Below the pieces are notes generated by a model, which was not told the origin of the DNA, did not search any database, and saw only the letters and a program-made list of their open reading frames with translations. From NCBI GenBank assembly GCA_965140445.1, contig OZ223236.1:4448001-4512000 (forward strand): DNA of 64,000 nt, given 5' to 3'. This stretch comes from Candidatus Ozemobacteraceae bacterium (GTDB taxonomy: Bacteria > Muiribacteriota > Ozemobacteria > Ozemobacterales > Ozemobacteraceae). Below are positions 19,288 through 29,521 of the stretch, piece by piece (the first letter of the stretch is position 1; every line of letters begins with the position of its first letter). A program made the translations under genes and the position numbers.

Positions 19288-22200
19288 CTATGGAGTAAAT
19301 TTTTCGATGCTGTGGTTAGATGAATCTGCGATTATTACATTTCCTGAAACATCTATAGCTATGCCATAAGGCCCCTGAAGGAGGCCATCTGTACTACCCT
19401 CGCTGCCCCATTTTGCTATAAAGGTTCCTGTAGGAGTAAATTTCTGTATTCTATGGTTGCCAGTATCAGAAACATAAACATTACCTACCCCATCCAGTGC
19501 TATGCCTTGTGGATAATTAAACTGGCCATCGCCAGAGCCATTAGATCCCCATTTCGCAACAAATGTCATAGAAGAGTTAAACTTTTGGATACGCTGATTA
19601 TCAGTATCGGCTACGTAAATATTACCCTGATTATCGATAGCGATTCCCTTCGGATTATCAAACTGGCCGTCACCATTTCCAGGACTTCCCCAGATCCCTA
19701 TAAATCCACCGGTAGAGGAAAACTTCTGTATTCGATGATTTCCGTCGTCTACCACATAAATGTTCGCTGAAGCATCAACCGCAATTCCTGTAGGGTATGT
19801 GAATTGTCCGTTTCCGCTGCCTGAGCTGCCCCATTGGGTTAAATAGCCACCTGAAGAATTTAATTTCTGAATACGATGATTACTTGTATCTGCTACGTAG
19901 ATATTCCCAGAACTATCAAAAGCAACTCCTTTAGGATATGAAAATTGTCCATTTGCACTTCCCTCTGTTGATCCCCATTTATCTAATAACATTCCAGAGG
20001 AGTTAAATTTTTGAATGCGGTGATTCCGCTTATCAGCAACAAAAATATTTCCAGAAGAGTCAACTTTCACTTCGTGAGGCTCATTAAATTGTCCATCCGC
20101 ACTACCTGCAGGTCCCCATCTGGAAATGAAAGTTCCTGATGAATTGAATTTTTGAATACATTGATGATTTGTATCGGCAACATAGACATTGCCAGTAGTA
20201 TCAAGCGCGATTCCATAAGGCATTGCAAATTCACCATCACCAGCTCCGCTTACCCCCCATTTAGTTACAAAAACTCCAGAAGTAGTAAGCTTTTGAATAC
20301 GATTATTTGCGGTATCAGCAACGTATGCATTTCCTGAAGAATCAACAGCTATAGATTCTGGATTAAAGAATTCTCCATTTCCCTGACCTGAACTTCCAGA
20401 TCCACTTACCCATTTCCCTACCAGCACGCCAGGAGAGGAAAATTTCATGATCCTATTATTATTACCGTCAGCTATATAAATGTTTCCAGAACTATCAATG
20501 GCTGCACCAGCTGGATATGAGAACTGGTCATCTGCCGAGCCAAAACTGCCCCACTTAGAGATAAAATTCCCTGACGAGTCAAACTTTTGAACTCTGTGAT
20601 TGAAGGTATCAACAACATACACATTTCCTGAAGAATCTACCGCAACCCCCATCGGCTTGTTAAACTGACCATCACTGGACCCGTTTGAACCCCATTTAGC
20701 AATAAAATTACCTGCAGAAGAAAACTTCTGTATTCTATAGTTTTCTGAATCAGCTACGTACACATTTCCTGAGCTATCAAGGGCTACATGCATTGGTTTT
20801 GCAAATTGCCCATCTCCACTTCCAGATCCACCCCAACTGGTTATTATGCTACCTGCTGGAGAAACTTTAAATACTTTGTTCTTATCACTATTAGAAACGT
20901 ACATGTTCCCCGCAGAATCTATGGCAACACCATAAGGTTTTCCATCTTGTCTTTCCCCTGACCACCAGTTTCCTCTTCCTTCACCGAGCCTGCCGCTAAA
21001 TGAATAATTGGTTACTGTATTAATAGTAAAAGTTTTGTTTGCACCAAGAGAACCAGCACTACCGGGGCTAGCTAAAGTTAAGACAGCATTGTTTCCAGAA
21101 GAATCACGGATCACCCCTCCATTTAGAGTTAAAGCAGCATTATTAATATAATCCAACTTATTTGTGAAATCTCCCGCTTGAACAGTATATCTAAATACCA
21201 AAGTAGAAGTGCCGTCACCACTTTGGTAGGTGGCAACACGATCTACAGAACCCGTTTCAAGTGTTAAACCTGGAGTGCCTACTGAAACAACAACTTGTAC
21301 TGCATTGCTGAAAGTTACAGTGATATCAATTGTTTGGTTAAGTGAGTATACGCCGTTTGAATTGCCTGAACTTACAGCAGAAATGCCAGGCTTAGAATAA
21401 TTTACTGACAAGGTTGGATTTCCAACCGTGCTAATACTTGTATTGCCCGCTGCATCGCGCAAACGAACACTAAATATTCCTCCGGTCGCAAACTTAGCTT
21501 GAACTTCAGAATTGTTAGCTAAACCAAAATCGAAACTAACAGATGTATCACCACCAGAAATACTGGTATCTTTTATTGCTGGAGAAAATGAGTTTCCGTC
21601 TTTAAGCAATTCAGCCTCTCCTCCAGTTGCTTCACCAGCTGTAATTGTTGCCTGAGCAGTAAGATTGACGTTAGATGAGTTCAGCAAATTGGTAACTAAA
21701 TTCCCTCCGACCGTAGTCAAAACTACTGATGTAGGAGCGGTTGGAGAAACATTATCATAAATAATATTTGATGCTACCGCTGAAGATTCATTGCCTGCTG
21801 CATCTTTACACTTAACACTGATTGCGTTGGCACCAGCACTTAATGCCATAGAATACTGCCAGGTAGTTGTTGTTGGATAAGTTACTGAAGCACTTGACCC
21901 ATTTACAAAAACTAAAGTTGCATCTGATGGTTTGGTACCGCCAATGACCTGAGGGGTAGAACTGGTTGGACTTGTTACAGCGTTTATAGTTGGTGGGACT
22001 GGTGCAGCACTATCCAGTTCAATACTGGAAGTTACCGCTGAAGATTCATTTCCTGCTCCATCACGACACTTCACACTTATAGCGTTTGCACCTGATGTTA
22101 AGGCCATTGAATACTGCCAGGTGGTTGACGTTGGATAAGTTACTGAAGCGCTTGAGCCATTGACAAAAACCAAAGTTGCATCTGATGGTTTGGTACCGCC

Positions 22201-25200
22201 AATGACCTGAAGTGTAGAATTGGTTGGACTAGTTACAGCGTTTATAGTTGGAGCAACTGGTGCAGCACTATCCAGTTCAATACTGGAAGTTACTGCTGAA
22301 GATTCATTTCCTGCTCCATCACGACACTTCACACTTATAGCGTTTGCACCTGATGTTAAGGCCATTGAATACTGCCAGGTGGTTGACGTTGGATAAGTTA
22401 CTGAAGTGCTTGAGCCATTGACAAAAACCAAGGTTGCATCTGATGGTTTGGTACCGCCAATGACCTGAGGAGTAGAATTGGTTGGACTTGTTACAGCATT
22501 TATAGTTGGTGCACTCGGAGCTGTTTGATCAATAGTCCAAGTGTATTGAGTCGCTGAATTTTCAGCTTGCCATGTACCTATGCTATTCCTAGCAATAACA
22601 TAAACTGAATGTACGCCTTCAGAAAGACTAGAAAATGAAACTTGTGTGGCAATTGGAGTTTCAGCTCCCCACTCGCCTGAATCTACTTTGAATTTATAAT
22701 GTGTGGTTCCTGTTCCACCAACAGTAATAGCTGCACTATTGATTTTGGTAACAACTTCTGGCGTGTTTGCCAGCACGGCAGTCACGGCCGAACTGTCAAT
22801 TGTCCATGAATAGGATGCAGCATTTTCTTCTGTCTGCCAGTTGCCAACTGCATCACGCCCAATTACAGCAATCTTATGATTGGCATCCCCTAATCCAGAT
22901 AATGTCAGAGCCGTTCCCACAGGGATTTCATTGGTGCTATATGCCCCCGTATCAAGTTTATACTTATAAGCAACAACATCGCTCCCACCAACAGTGAAAT
23001 TGGCAGTGCTTTGATTGGAAGTTTTTGGAGGAGTATTTGCCAAAATAACTGTTGGAGCAACGCTATCAACAATCCATTCATGTTTTGTTGCAGTTTCCTC
23101 AGCCTGCCAATTACCTAATTGATCCGCTCCAATAACTGAAACACTGTGAGAACCATCAGAAAGATTATTTAAAGCAATTGCAGATGACACAGAAATTACA
23201 TCGCTATAAGCACCGGAATCAAGTTTGTATCTATAAGAAACAACCCCTGTTCCACCAACAGAAATATTTGCAGTTGCTAAGCTTGTCGGGTTATTTGGAG
23301 TATTTGATAGAACAGCAATCTTTGCTTGAGAGTCAATCAGCCATGCGCAACTTGCGGCACTGGCTTCTGATTGCCAGTTTCCTAGCTGATCTCCACCAAT
23401 AACAGAAATTTTATGGTTTCCATCAGCTAAACCGCTTAGGGCAATTTTGGATGCAACAGGAGTAGCATCACCATAGGAGCCAGAATCAAGTTTGTATTTA
23501 TAAGAAACAACGCCAGTCCCACCCACAGAAATATTTGTATCTTTTGAATTTGTTGGATTTGAAGGTATATTAGTTAGAACTGCTGCTTTTGCCTGTGTAT
23601 CAATGACCCACGTGTAGCTGGAAGCATTGGCTTCAAGTTGCCAGTTGCCAAGAATATCTCCGCCAATAACAAAAAGACTATGAGTTCCATCTGAGAGACC
23701 GCTCAACGCTATTACTGATGAAGTTGCAATTTGATCGCTATATGTTCCAGAATCAAGCTTGTATTTATAAGAAACAACACCATCGCCTCCAACAGTTACA
23801 TTGGCGGTTTTCAAGTTAGTTAGATTCGTTGGAGTATTTGAAAGAACAGCAACCTTAGCCTGGGAATCAATAACCCAAGTGTAACTTGATGCATTTGCCT
23901 CAGTTTGCCAGTTACCTACCTGGTCACCTCCGAGCACAGAGACTGTGTGGCTGCCATCAGCCAATTCACTTAGAGTTATTGCAGTTGAAATTGAATTAGC
24001 ATCGCCATAAGCCCCAGTATCAAATTTGTATTTATAAGCTACAACTCCAGTTCCACCTACGCTGATGCGGGCAGTTTTTTGATTTGTGGGATTAGTTGGC
24101 GTGTTCGTCAACACTGCAACTTTTGGTTTAGAATCAATCTTCCAGGTATAGCTGGAGGGAGAAGAATCTGATTGCCAATTTCCTGAGATATCACGCCCGA
24201 TAACAAATATAGTTTGGGAGCCATCTTCCAGACCAGATAATGAAATCGGCAATGACAACGCCATCTCATCGCTCCAGTTTCCCTGATTTAGCTTATATTT
24301 GAATCCAGTGACTTTATCCCCCGCAACTGAAATAGTTGCTGTATTTTTATTGGTTGGATCTGCCGGCAAATTATTTAAAACGGCAACTGGCGGATCATTT
24401 TGAACTTTAAATGTTGAGCTTGGTCCCGTTGCTACTGAAAGGTCACCGCTGACTGATTTAGCAATTCCAGCTTTGAGGGAGATTCCTATTGTTCCGCTTC
24501 CGATAACATTAGAAATCCTAACTGTGCGGCTAGCTTGATTTGATCCGTCTACTTCGATTGTGCCATTTGCGGTTCCAGTGGTGTTAAGAGTTACATCAGC
24601 TGAAGTAAGAGTTACTTTACCAGCACCCGTAAAAGTAATTTCGAATTCCACAGGTCCACTTGCGGTATTATTTACAGAAGGCTCACCAATAGCAATTAAT
24701 GGTGGACCTTCTGTAAAAAAGCTCCATGACTCGTCTTTTTCAAAGGATTCCCCCCAATAATTCTTAAATCCAGTTGTAACTTTCATTGTATATATGCTGG
24801 ATTTTTCAAGATTTGCGTCAGGTCTGAAATACAAACGATTCTTGTATCCTGAAGAATAGAACCTTCCAGCAATTGATTTTCCGTCTTTTTGCAACTGGAT
24901 AGTTTGATTATTAACTGTATTCCAATTGATCGAATAATCCCCGATGAAGAAATAAAAATAAGGCCTATTTACGTTTACTCCATTCTGATTGGCTTCGGGA
25001 TATCTGACTGGCATTTTGAGTGAATGCAACCATAGCTCAGCATATTCCTGACCATTTATTTTTCTTAAGCTCCCATATGCAATACGAAAGAAACCATTTT
25101 CTCCAAAATTGTTGCCCCAGGAATTTTTGCAAATCCAGCAATTTAAATTATCATCGTATCCAACAATTATTACAGCATGTCCGCCTGCCAATTTGCCAGT

Positions 25201-26187
25201 TACATGCTTATATACTCCGCCTCCGTATGAAAAAAAGTCTTCATATACTTCAAAGCTTGTTATAAGTGGTGATTTCGCCAGGTATGCCTTAATTACATCC
25301 TTTCCATATAATCCGTAACGGTTTGTGACACGATATCTTGTTGTTTCAGAAGGCGGTTCACTTATAGTCGGAGCTTGAGTCAAGTTCACAAAAAGAGAAT
25401 TACTTGGAGCAAATTCATCTTCAACCGTCCCAATCTCACTTAAAAATCGGCCAGAATAATATGCATTCCATCCACCAGGACTTGGTGGAGTTGGACTTAA
25501 ATGTCCAGGAAATGGATATTTCTCAGTTCCTCTCACCCAAAGATAGTATTCAGAAAAAACTTTAAAGTTGTATCCCCAATTGGCAATTGAATTGAGTGAT
25601 TCAAGCAAGCCAATGCTGGCATAACTGACGCAAGTTCCACCTTTTTGATATTTCACCGGCGAAACGTAATTGAAGTTATTATAATTCCGCCAATCTCGAC
25701 CATTTGAAACTGTTTGGGACAAAAAATTTAATCGAACTCGCCCGGCTCCCCTTGCTTGTGGGGTTTCAACAATCGTGGCATCAGAAGGCAGTTGTCCAAT
25801 ATCCGCAGGTAGTTCAGTAGGTGGACTGATAGGAATAGTTGATATTGTGCTGGAAGAATTTTCATCGGTTGGTTGAACAAATGATTCCAGGTCTGGAACT
25901 CCACAAAGCGACTTTGCTTCTTCTTGACTAAAATTAGTGGTGACCCAGGTCTCCGTTGCCGTCCAATTTAAACCAGGATCTTGAGCTTTGGCCTGTTCAA
26001 TTGCAATTTGAACAAGCGAGGGAGTAACGGTCCACCCTGGTTTACTTCCATCACCAGCACCAGCAGGATTACTATCATCTGAAAAATTGCCGATCATACG
26101 GCACCCTGTAACAATCAAACACAGGGCGACTAATAAGAGCAAAAATAACTTGTATCCACTATTTTTGAAAATTTGCTTAAAAACCAT
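19288..26187 (-). CDS. Giant lipoprotein: C1A papain-like cysteine peptidase, Big_5/Ig-like domains, tandem Ig-like repeats and 12 NHL repeats
   Basis: Lipobox IVTG-C; DWR...VSPVKYQKGGTC, GGHAVIIVGY and WICKNSWG motifs; 7 x ~89-aa and 3 x 86-aa repeats; 12 copies of P.G.A.D..GN.YVAD..N.RIQKF. Confidence 0.88.
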   Translation of the reverse strand: MVFKQIFKNSGYKLFLLLLVALCLIVTGCRMIGNFSDDSNPAGAGDGSKPGWTVTPSLVQIAIEQAKAQDPGLNWTATETWVTTNFSQEEAKSLCGVPDLESFVQPTDENSSSTISTIPISPPTELPADIGQLPSDATIVETPQARGAGRVRLNFLSQTVSNGRDWRNYNNFNYVSPVKYQKGGTCVSYASIGLLESLNSIANWGYNFKVFSEYYLWVRGTEKYPFPGHLSPTPPSPGGWNAYYSGRFLSEIGTVEDEFAPSNSLFVNLTQAPTISEPPSETTRYRVTNRYGLYGKDVIKAYLAKSPLITSFEVYEDFFSYGGGVYKHVTGKLAGGHAVIIVGYDDNLNCWICKNSWGNNFGENGFFRIAYGSLRKINGQEYAELWLHSLKMPVRYPEANQNGVNVNRPYFYFFIGDYSINWNTVNNQTIQLQKDGKSIAGRFYSSGYKNRLYFRPDANLEKSSIYTMKVTTGFKNYWGESFEKDESWSFFTEGPPLIAIGEPSVNNTASGPVEFEITFTGAGKVTLTSADVTLNTTGTANGTIEVDGSNQASRTVRISNVIGSGTIGISLKAGIAKSVSGDLSVATGPSSTFKVQNDPPVAVLNNLPADPTNKNTATISVAGDKVTGFKYKLNQGNWSDEMALSLPISLSGLEDGSQTIFVIGRDISGNWQSDSSPSSYTWKIDSKPKVAVLTNTPTNPTNQKTARISVGGTGVVAYKYKFDTGAYGDANSISTAITLSELADGSHTVSVLGGDQVGNWQTEANASSYTWVIDSQAKVAVLSNTPTNLTNLKTANVTVGGDGVVSYKYKLDSGTYSDQIATSSVIALSGLSDGTHSLFVIGGDILGNWQLEANASSYTWVIDTQAKAAVLTNIPSNPTNSKDTNISVGGTGVVSYKYKLDSGSYGDATPVASKIALSGLADGNHKISVIGGDQLGNWQSEASAASCAWLIDSQAKIAVLSNTPNNPTSLATANISVGGTGVVSYRYKLDSGAYSDVISVSSAIALNNLSDGSHSVSVIGADQLGNWQAEETATKHEWIVDSVAPTVILANTPPKTSNQSTANFTVGGSDVVAYKYKLDTGAYSTNEIPVGTALTLSGLGDANHKIAVIGRDAVGNWQTEENAASYSWTIDSSAVTAVLANTPEVVTKINSAAITVGGTGTTHYKFKVDSGEWGAETPIATQVSFSSLSEGVHSVYVIARNSIGTWQAENSATQYTWTIDQTAPSAPTINAVTSPTNSTPQVIGGTKPSDATLVFVNGSSTSVTYPTSTTWQYSMALTSGANAISVKCRDGAGNESSAVTSSIELDSAAPVAPTINAVTSPTNSTLQVIGGTKPSDATLVFVNGSSASVTYPTSTTWQYSMALTSGANAISVKCRDGAGNESSAVTSSIELDSAAPVPPTINAVTSPTSSTPQVIGGTKPSDATLVFVNGSSASVTYPTTTTWQYSMALSAGANAISVKCKDAAGNESSAVASNIIYDNVSPTAPTSVVLTTVGGNLVTNLLNSSNVNLTAQATITAGEATGGEAELLKDGNSFSPAIKDTSISGGDTSVSFDFGLANNSEVQAKFATGGIFSVRLRDAAGNTSISTVGNPTLSVNYSKPGISAVSSGNSNGVYSLNQTIDITVTFSNAVQVVVSVGTPGLTLETGSVDRVATYQSGDGTSTLVFRYTVQAGDFTNKLDYINNAALTLNGGVIRDSSGNNAVLTLASPGSAGSLGANKTFTINTVTNYSFSGRLGEGRGNWWSGERQDGKPYGVAIDSAGNMYVSNSDKNKVFKVSPAGSIITSWGGSGSGDGQFAKPMHVALDSSGNVYVADSENYRIQKFSSAGNFIAKWGSNGSSDGQFNKPMGVAVDSSGNVYVVDTFNHRVQKFDSSGNFISKWGSFGSADDQFSYPAGAAIDSSGNIYIADGNNNRIMKFSSPGVLVGKWVSGSGSSGQGNGEFFNPESIAVDSSGNAYVADTANNRIQKLTTSGVFVTKWGVSGAGDGEFAMPYGIALDTTGNVYVADTNHQCIQKFNSSGTFISRWGPAGSADGQFNEPHEVKVDSSGNIFVADKRNHRIQKFNSSGMLLDKWGSTEGSANGQFSYPKGVAFDSSGNIYVADTSNHRIQKLNSSGGYLTQWGSSGSGNGQFTYPTGIAVDASANIYVVDDGNHRIQKFSSTGGFIGIWGSPGNGDGQFDNPKGIAIDNQGNIYVADTDNQRIQKFNSSMTFVAKWGSNGSGDGQFNYPQGIALDGVGNVYVSDTGNHRIQKFTPTGTFIAKWGSEGSTDGLLQGPYGIAIDVSGNVIIADSSNHSIEKFTP
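21775..22520 (-). repeat. Three near-identical 258-bp (86-aa) intragenic tandem repeats
   Basis: GGTACCGCCAATGACCTGA recurs at 21934, 22192 and 22450, a period of 258. Boundaries are approximate. Confidence 0.92.
22525..24390 (-). repeat. Seven diverged ~89-aa Ig-like repeats
   Basis: Seven copies of AVL.N.P...T....A.I.VGG.GV..YKYKLD.G...L..L.DG.H...V.G.D..GNWQ......W.ID. Boundaries are approximate. Confidence 0.85.
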
Positions 26188-26298
26188 ATGATCAACACTC
26201 CGAAACTAAATATTGCAGCCAAAGCTTTTTATAACTTTTTACTTAAACGCATAATTTATATCGTTTTGAACATAATCTCTGTCCGTAAAAACCCGTAC

Positions 26299-26347
26299 AA
26301 AAAAATCTGATATGGCTCTGAAAAACGATTAGAGCCATATCAGATTT
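26299..26347 (-). terminator. Intrinsic terminator after the response regulator (probably bidirectional)
   Basis: 17-bp perfect stem AAATCTGATATGGCTCT / AGAGCCATATCAGATTT with A/T tracts on both sides. Confidence 0.8.
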
Positions 26348-26373
26348 GTTTTTTTTTAATTCAGACTTTCTGG

Positions 26374-27024
26374 CTAACTTGGATGAATAATGCGAATGGC
26401 CTCTCGGATTAATTCTCGGTTGTTTTGAACTCCAAGTTTGTTTTTCAGGCGCTCGCAATAGGTTTCTACGGTTCTGGAACTCAGTTCAAGTTGAGTTGCA
26501 ATTTCATGGCAGCCAAAGCCATTTCCAAGAGATTTTAATACTTGCATTTCCCGGTCAGAAAGTTCTTTGAGAATTGAGCCAAGATTACCCTTTGGTAGGT
26601 ATCGCTCTTCAAGGCTTTTGGCCAATGTTGGTCCCAGAAACTGCTTTCCGGATCTGACTTCGGTAATGGCTTCAACTAGTGTTTCTACTGGATCAGACTT
26701 GGTGACATAGCCATTAACTCCTAGCTGTAATACGCCTTCAACAAACAGAGATGAGTCATGCATTGAATAAACTATTATTGATGTGGATGGAAGCATTTTT
26801 CGTATTCCCGAAAGTGTTGAAAAGGCGGTTTCGCCATTCAAAGAGAGGTCTGCGATAATCACATCTACCACTATTGAGGGCAGCATGGCTAAGGCTTCCT
26901 CTGAAGTCCCAACGTCGCCGCAGATCTCAAATCCGCGCTCAAGCAGCATCATTTTTAAACCAAGACGCATTACTGGATGATCTTCAACTAGAAAAATACG
27001 AACTTTCTCAAAATCATTTGTCAT
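26374..27024 (-). CDS. NarL/LuxR-family response regulator
   Basis: REC domain (LVEDH, ADLSL, SMH, YVTK) plus LuxR HTH (LSDRE..VL...IA..L.LS.RTVETY). Confidence 0.93.
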   Translation of the reverse strand: MTNDFEKVRIFLVEDHPVMRLGLKMMLLERGFEICGDVGTSEEALAMLPSIVVDVIIADLSLNGETAFSTLSGIRKMLPSTSIIVYSMHDSSLFVEGVLQLGVNGYVTKSDPVETLVEAITEVRSGKQFLGPTLAKSLEERYLPKGNLGSILKELSDREMQVLKSLGNGFGCHEIATQLELSSRTVETYCERLKNKLGVQNNRELIREAIRIIHPS

Positions 27025-28619
27025 AATTGTTTTTGTTCCCCGTTAATTGGAGCGTAGATCTCAATCCTTACTCCCGCATCCTCAGCCTGGTTTTTAATGC
27101 TCCAGGTTCCTCCAAGTAAATCCACTCTGTAATCTATTAACCTTAAGCCAAGCCCACTTCCAGCTTCTGTTTTTGGTTTGGAAGCACGAGTCTCAGCCTC
27201 AATTCCCAACGGTTTGCCATCATTCTCAATGGTCATACAAATATTATCTTTATCATGGGAAAGATCAATGCAGATTTTTTGCGCTCCACCATGCCTGATA
27301 CCGTTCTGAATGGCCTCCTGAGAAATTCGAAACAAATGTAGGGCAGTATCTGGATTTTGAATTTTAAAATCAGTATCCCCTTTAAAATCACAATCAATTT
27401 TGTACAAAACACTTATCTGAGCAGCAAGGGTCTCGAGAGCATCACCAACCGCTCCTGGTTCAAGAGATAATGGGCATAACCCTCTGGAAAGAGTTCGAAT
27501 CTGATGAACCGCATCCTGCAAAAAGTCCCTCATCATTATGAATTCAGATTCTTCAGTAATATTCCGGGCCGATAGTCGGATTCTGATTGCCTCAAACATG
27601 CATGTCACACCAACGATGTGCTGGCATAGACCGTCATGAAGCTCTCTGCCAATAAAGCGTCGTTCACGTTCGGATATTTCGAGAAGCTTTTTCTCTAGCT
27701 CCTGCCTCAAAAACATGGCTTCTTTAAGCTTTTTGTTCACCTTTAGAAGTTCATCTGTTCTTTCTCTTACTCTTTCTTCTAAACTCTCATTTGCCTGCTT
27801 CAATTGCTCTTCAAGCTTTTTCCTTTCATCAATCACTGCACCAAATCCAACTTGATAAGCGAATTGCCCGTCAGGACCAGTAACAGTAGAAAATGTATCA
27901 TTTAACCAAACATACTCGCCATTTTTCATTTGGTAGCGAAATTCAACGTAATTAGTAAAACGGTCCCCCGTATAACCTTTATACGCTTCTTCCATTTCAG
28001 ATCCCATTCGTTTAAAATCTTCAGGATGTATACCATCTGCAAACTTTGTGTAAGGAATAGCCAATACTTCTTCTATCGTAAGCCCCAAAGCCTCAGCAAA
28101 TCCCTTACTAACATAGTCAAACTTGTTCTTTATTAAATCAACCCGGTAAAGAGCATGTGGCGATTCTTCCAAAACCTCCATAAACCAGCGTTCACTTTCA
28201 GAAAGCTCTGGCTTATTTTTATTATCACCTGAATTGTTGCGAAAAACTCCAATTAGCCATTTTCTGGAATTGGGATCGCCAGATTTCTCAAATTCGATTC
28301 TTGAAGTCATTTCAATGTTTATAAATAGCTCTTCACAATTCTTAATAAGCAAGTTGGTGGAAAATTCTTCCGAAGCTCCCAAATTAATTGGTATAAACAA
28401 GATTGGCAGCTGCCTTTTAGTTCCTTCTGAAAGCATATTCAGAAAATCATCGAATTCCAAGGATGCAACTGGAGGTAATCCCAGCATTGGTCCAAAATTT
28501 CGATCGAAAGTAAATATTTTAGACTCAAAATCAAACTTAAAAAAACTGACAGGAAAAATTGAGGCTAAGAATTCGGCAGAAGGTGGAGGCAGGAATTCAT
28601 CGTCAAAGACATCTCCCAT
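27021..28619 (-). CDS. Cytoplasmic PAS-domain sensor histidine kinase (HisKA_3/NarX type)
   Basis: PAS (IHPED), ERRFIGRELHDGLCQ H-box, QEAIQNGIRHG, ENDG and GSGLGL motifs; no TM; ATGA overlap with the regulator. Confidence 0.92.
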   Translation of the reverse strand: MGDVFDDEFLPPPSAEFLASIFPVSFFKFDFESKIFTFDRNFGPMLGLPPVASLEFDDFLNMLSEGTKRQLPILFIPINLGASEEFSTNLLIKNCEELFINIEMTSRIEFEKSGDPNSRKWLIGVFRNNSGDNKNKPELSESERWFMEVLEESPHALYRVDLIKNKFDYVSKGFAEALGLTIEEVLAIPYTKFADGIHPEDFKRMGSEMEEAYKGYTGDRFTNYVEFRYQMKNGEYVWLNDTFSTVTGPDGQFAYQVGFGAVIDERKKLEEQLKQANESLEERVRERTDELLKVNKKLKEAMFLRQELEKKLLEISERERRFIGRELHDGLCQHIVGVTCMFEAIRIRLSARNITEESEFIMMRDFLQDAVHQIRTLSRGLCPLSLEPGAVGDALETLAAQISVLYKIDCDFKGDTDFKIQNPDTALHLFRISQEAIQNGIRHGGAQKICIDLSHDKDNICMTIENDGKPLGIEAETRASKPKTEAGSGLGLRLIDYRVDLLGGTWSIKNQAEDAGVRIEIYAPINGEQKQL

Positions 28620-28659
28620 AGTATCCTCGCATGTTTGAATTTTTTATTTAGAAGTTTTG

Positions 28660-28688
28660 ATTATATATATTTAATTCTAATTCAGCAA
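28660..28688 (-). promoter_or_regulatory. Putative sigma70 promoter of the two-component operon
   Basis: TTGCTG-N17-TATAAT on the minus strand. Confidence 0.55.
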
Positions 28689-28694
28689 TTGGGC

Positions 28695-28735
28695 AAAAAA
28701 ATTGCGCTATACAAATTTGCATAGCGCAACTTTTT
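28695..28735 (-). terminator. Intrinsic terminator after the Nif3 gene
   Basis: TTGCGCTAT...ATAGCGCAA stem with flanking A/T tracts. Confidence 0.7.
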
Positions 28736-28750
28736 AGTGTCTATAAATAA

Positions 28751-29518
28751 TTACAACCCAGTTGGCAAGTCGATAAACTCATGCTCCAGCTTGAATTCTT
28801 TAGCGATTTTCTCGCCTAGCGCTTTTACCCCAAAGACTTCAGTGGCGTAATGACCTGCGGAAATCATGTGGATTTCACGTTCTCGGACTGAGGCAACGCC
28901 CTGGTGAATTATTTCTCCGGTGAGAATCAGATCAACCTGGCCATCATAAACCATTGGATCAGAGAAAGAACTCCAGCCGCCGCCAGAGACTATTCCGAGA
29001 GTTTTGATTTCTTTTTTGCCAAAATCCAAGTGAGTAATGACCTTGCCTATGGCTTTTTCGATTTTGGCTTTTACCTGCTTAATAGAAATGGGCTTCTCAA
29101 ATTCTGCGTAAGTGCCAATGGCGTTTCCACGGCTTCCGCCAAATGGGCCAACAACTTTTGCGCCAAGAGCTTTGGCTATTAATACGTTGTTTCCGATTTC
29201 TGGATGGGCATCCAAAGGCAAATGCAAAGCATAGAGATTCAGGTTGCCACCCATCAATGTTTTCACTGTGTTCTGTACAAAGCGATCTATCACTTTCCAT
29301 TCGCCGCCTTTCCAGAAGATTCCGTGGTGTACTACTGCAAAATCGGCTTTGCGCTTAATGGCTTCTTTGAAAAAATCCATACTGCCGTCAACGCCAGAAA
29401 CTATCTTTTTAACAGTTTTCTTGCCTTCAAATTGAAGCCCGTTATGGGAATAATCTGGAAAATTAACTTCTGCGAAAGTTTCTTTGATGAAACTTACAAT
29501 TTTATCTCTTGATGCCAT
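28751..29518 (-). CDS. Nif3-like dinuclear metal centre hexameric protein (YbgI/DUF34)
   Basis: DYSHNGLQFEG, VVHHG, HLPLDAHPEIGNN and AGHYATE motifs. Confidence 0.92.
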   Translation of the reverse strand: MASRDKIVSFIKETFAEVNFPDYSHNGLQFEGKKTVKKIVSGVDGSMDFFKEAIKRKADFAVVHHGIFWKGGEWKVIDRFVQNTVKTLMGGNLNLYALHLPLDAHPEIGNNVLIAKALGAKVVGPFGGSRGNAIGTYAEFEKPISIKQVKAKIEKAIGKVITHLDFGKKEIKTLGIVSGGGWSSFSDPMVYDGQVDLILTGEIIHQGVASVREREIHMISAGHYATEVFGVKALGEKIAKEFKLEHEFIDLPTGL

Positions 29519-29521
29519 AAT

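Noticed and set aside
19288..24390. CRISPR array or non-coding repeat region
   Set aside because: The repeats are in-frame protein domain repeats (NHL and Ig-like) with no repeat-spacer structure and no cas genes.
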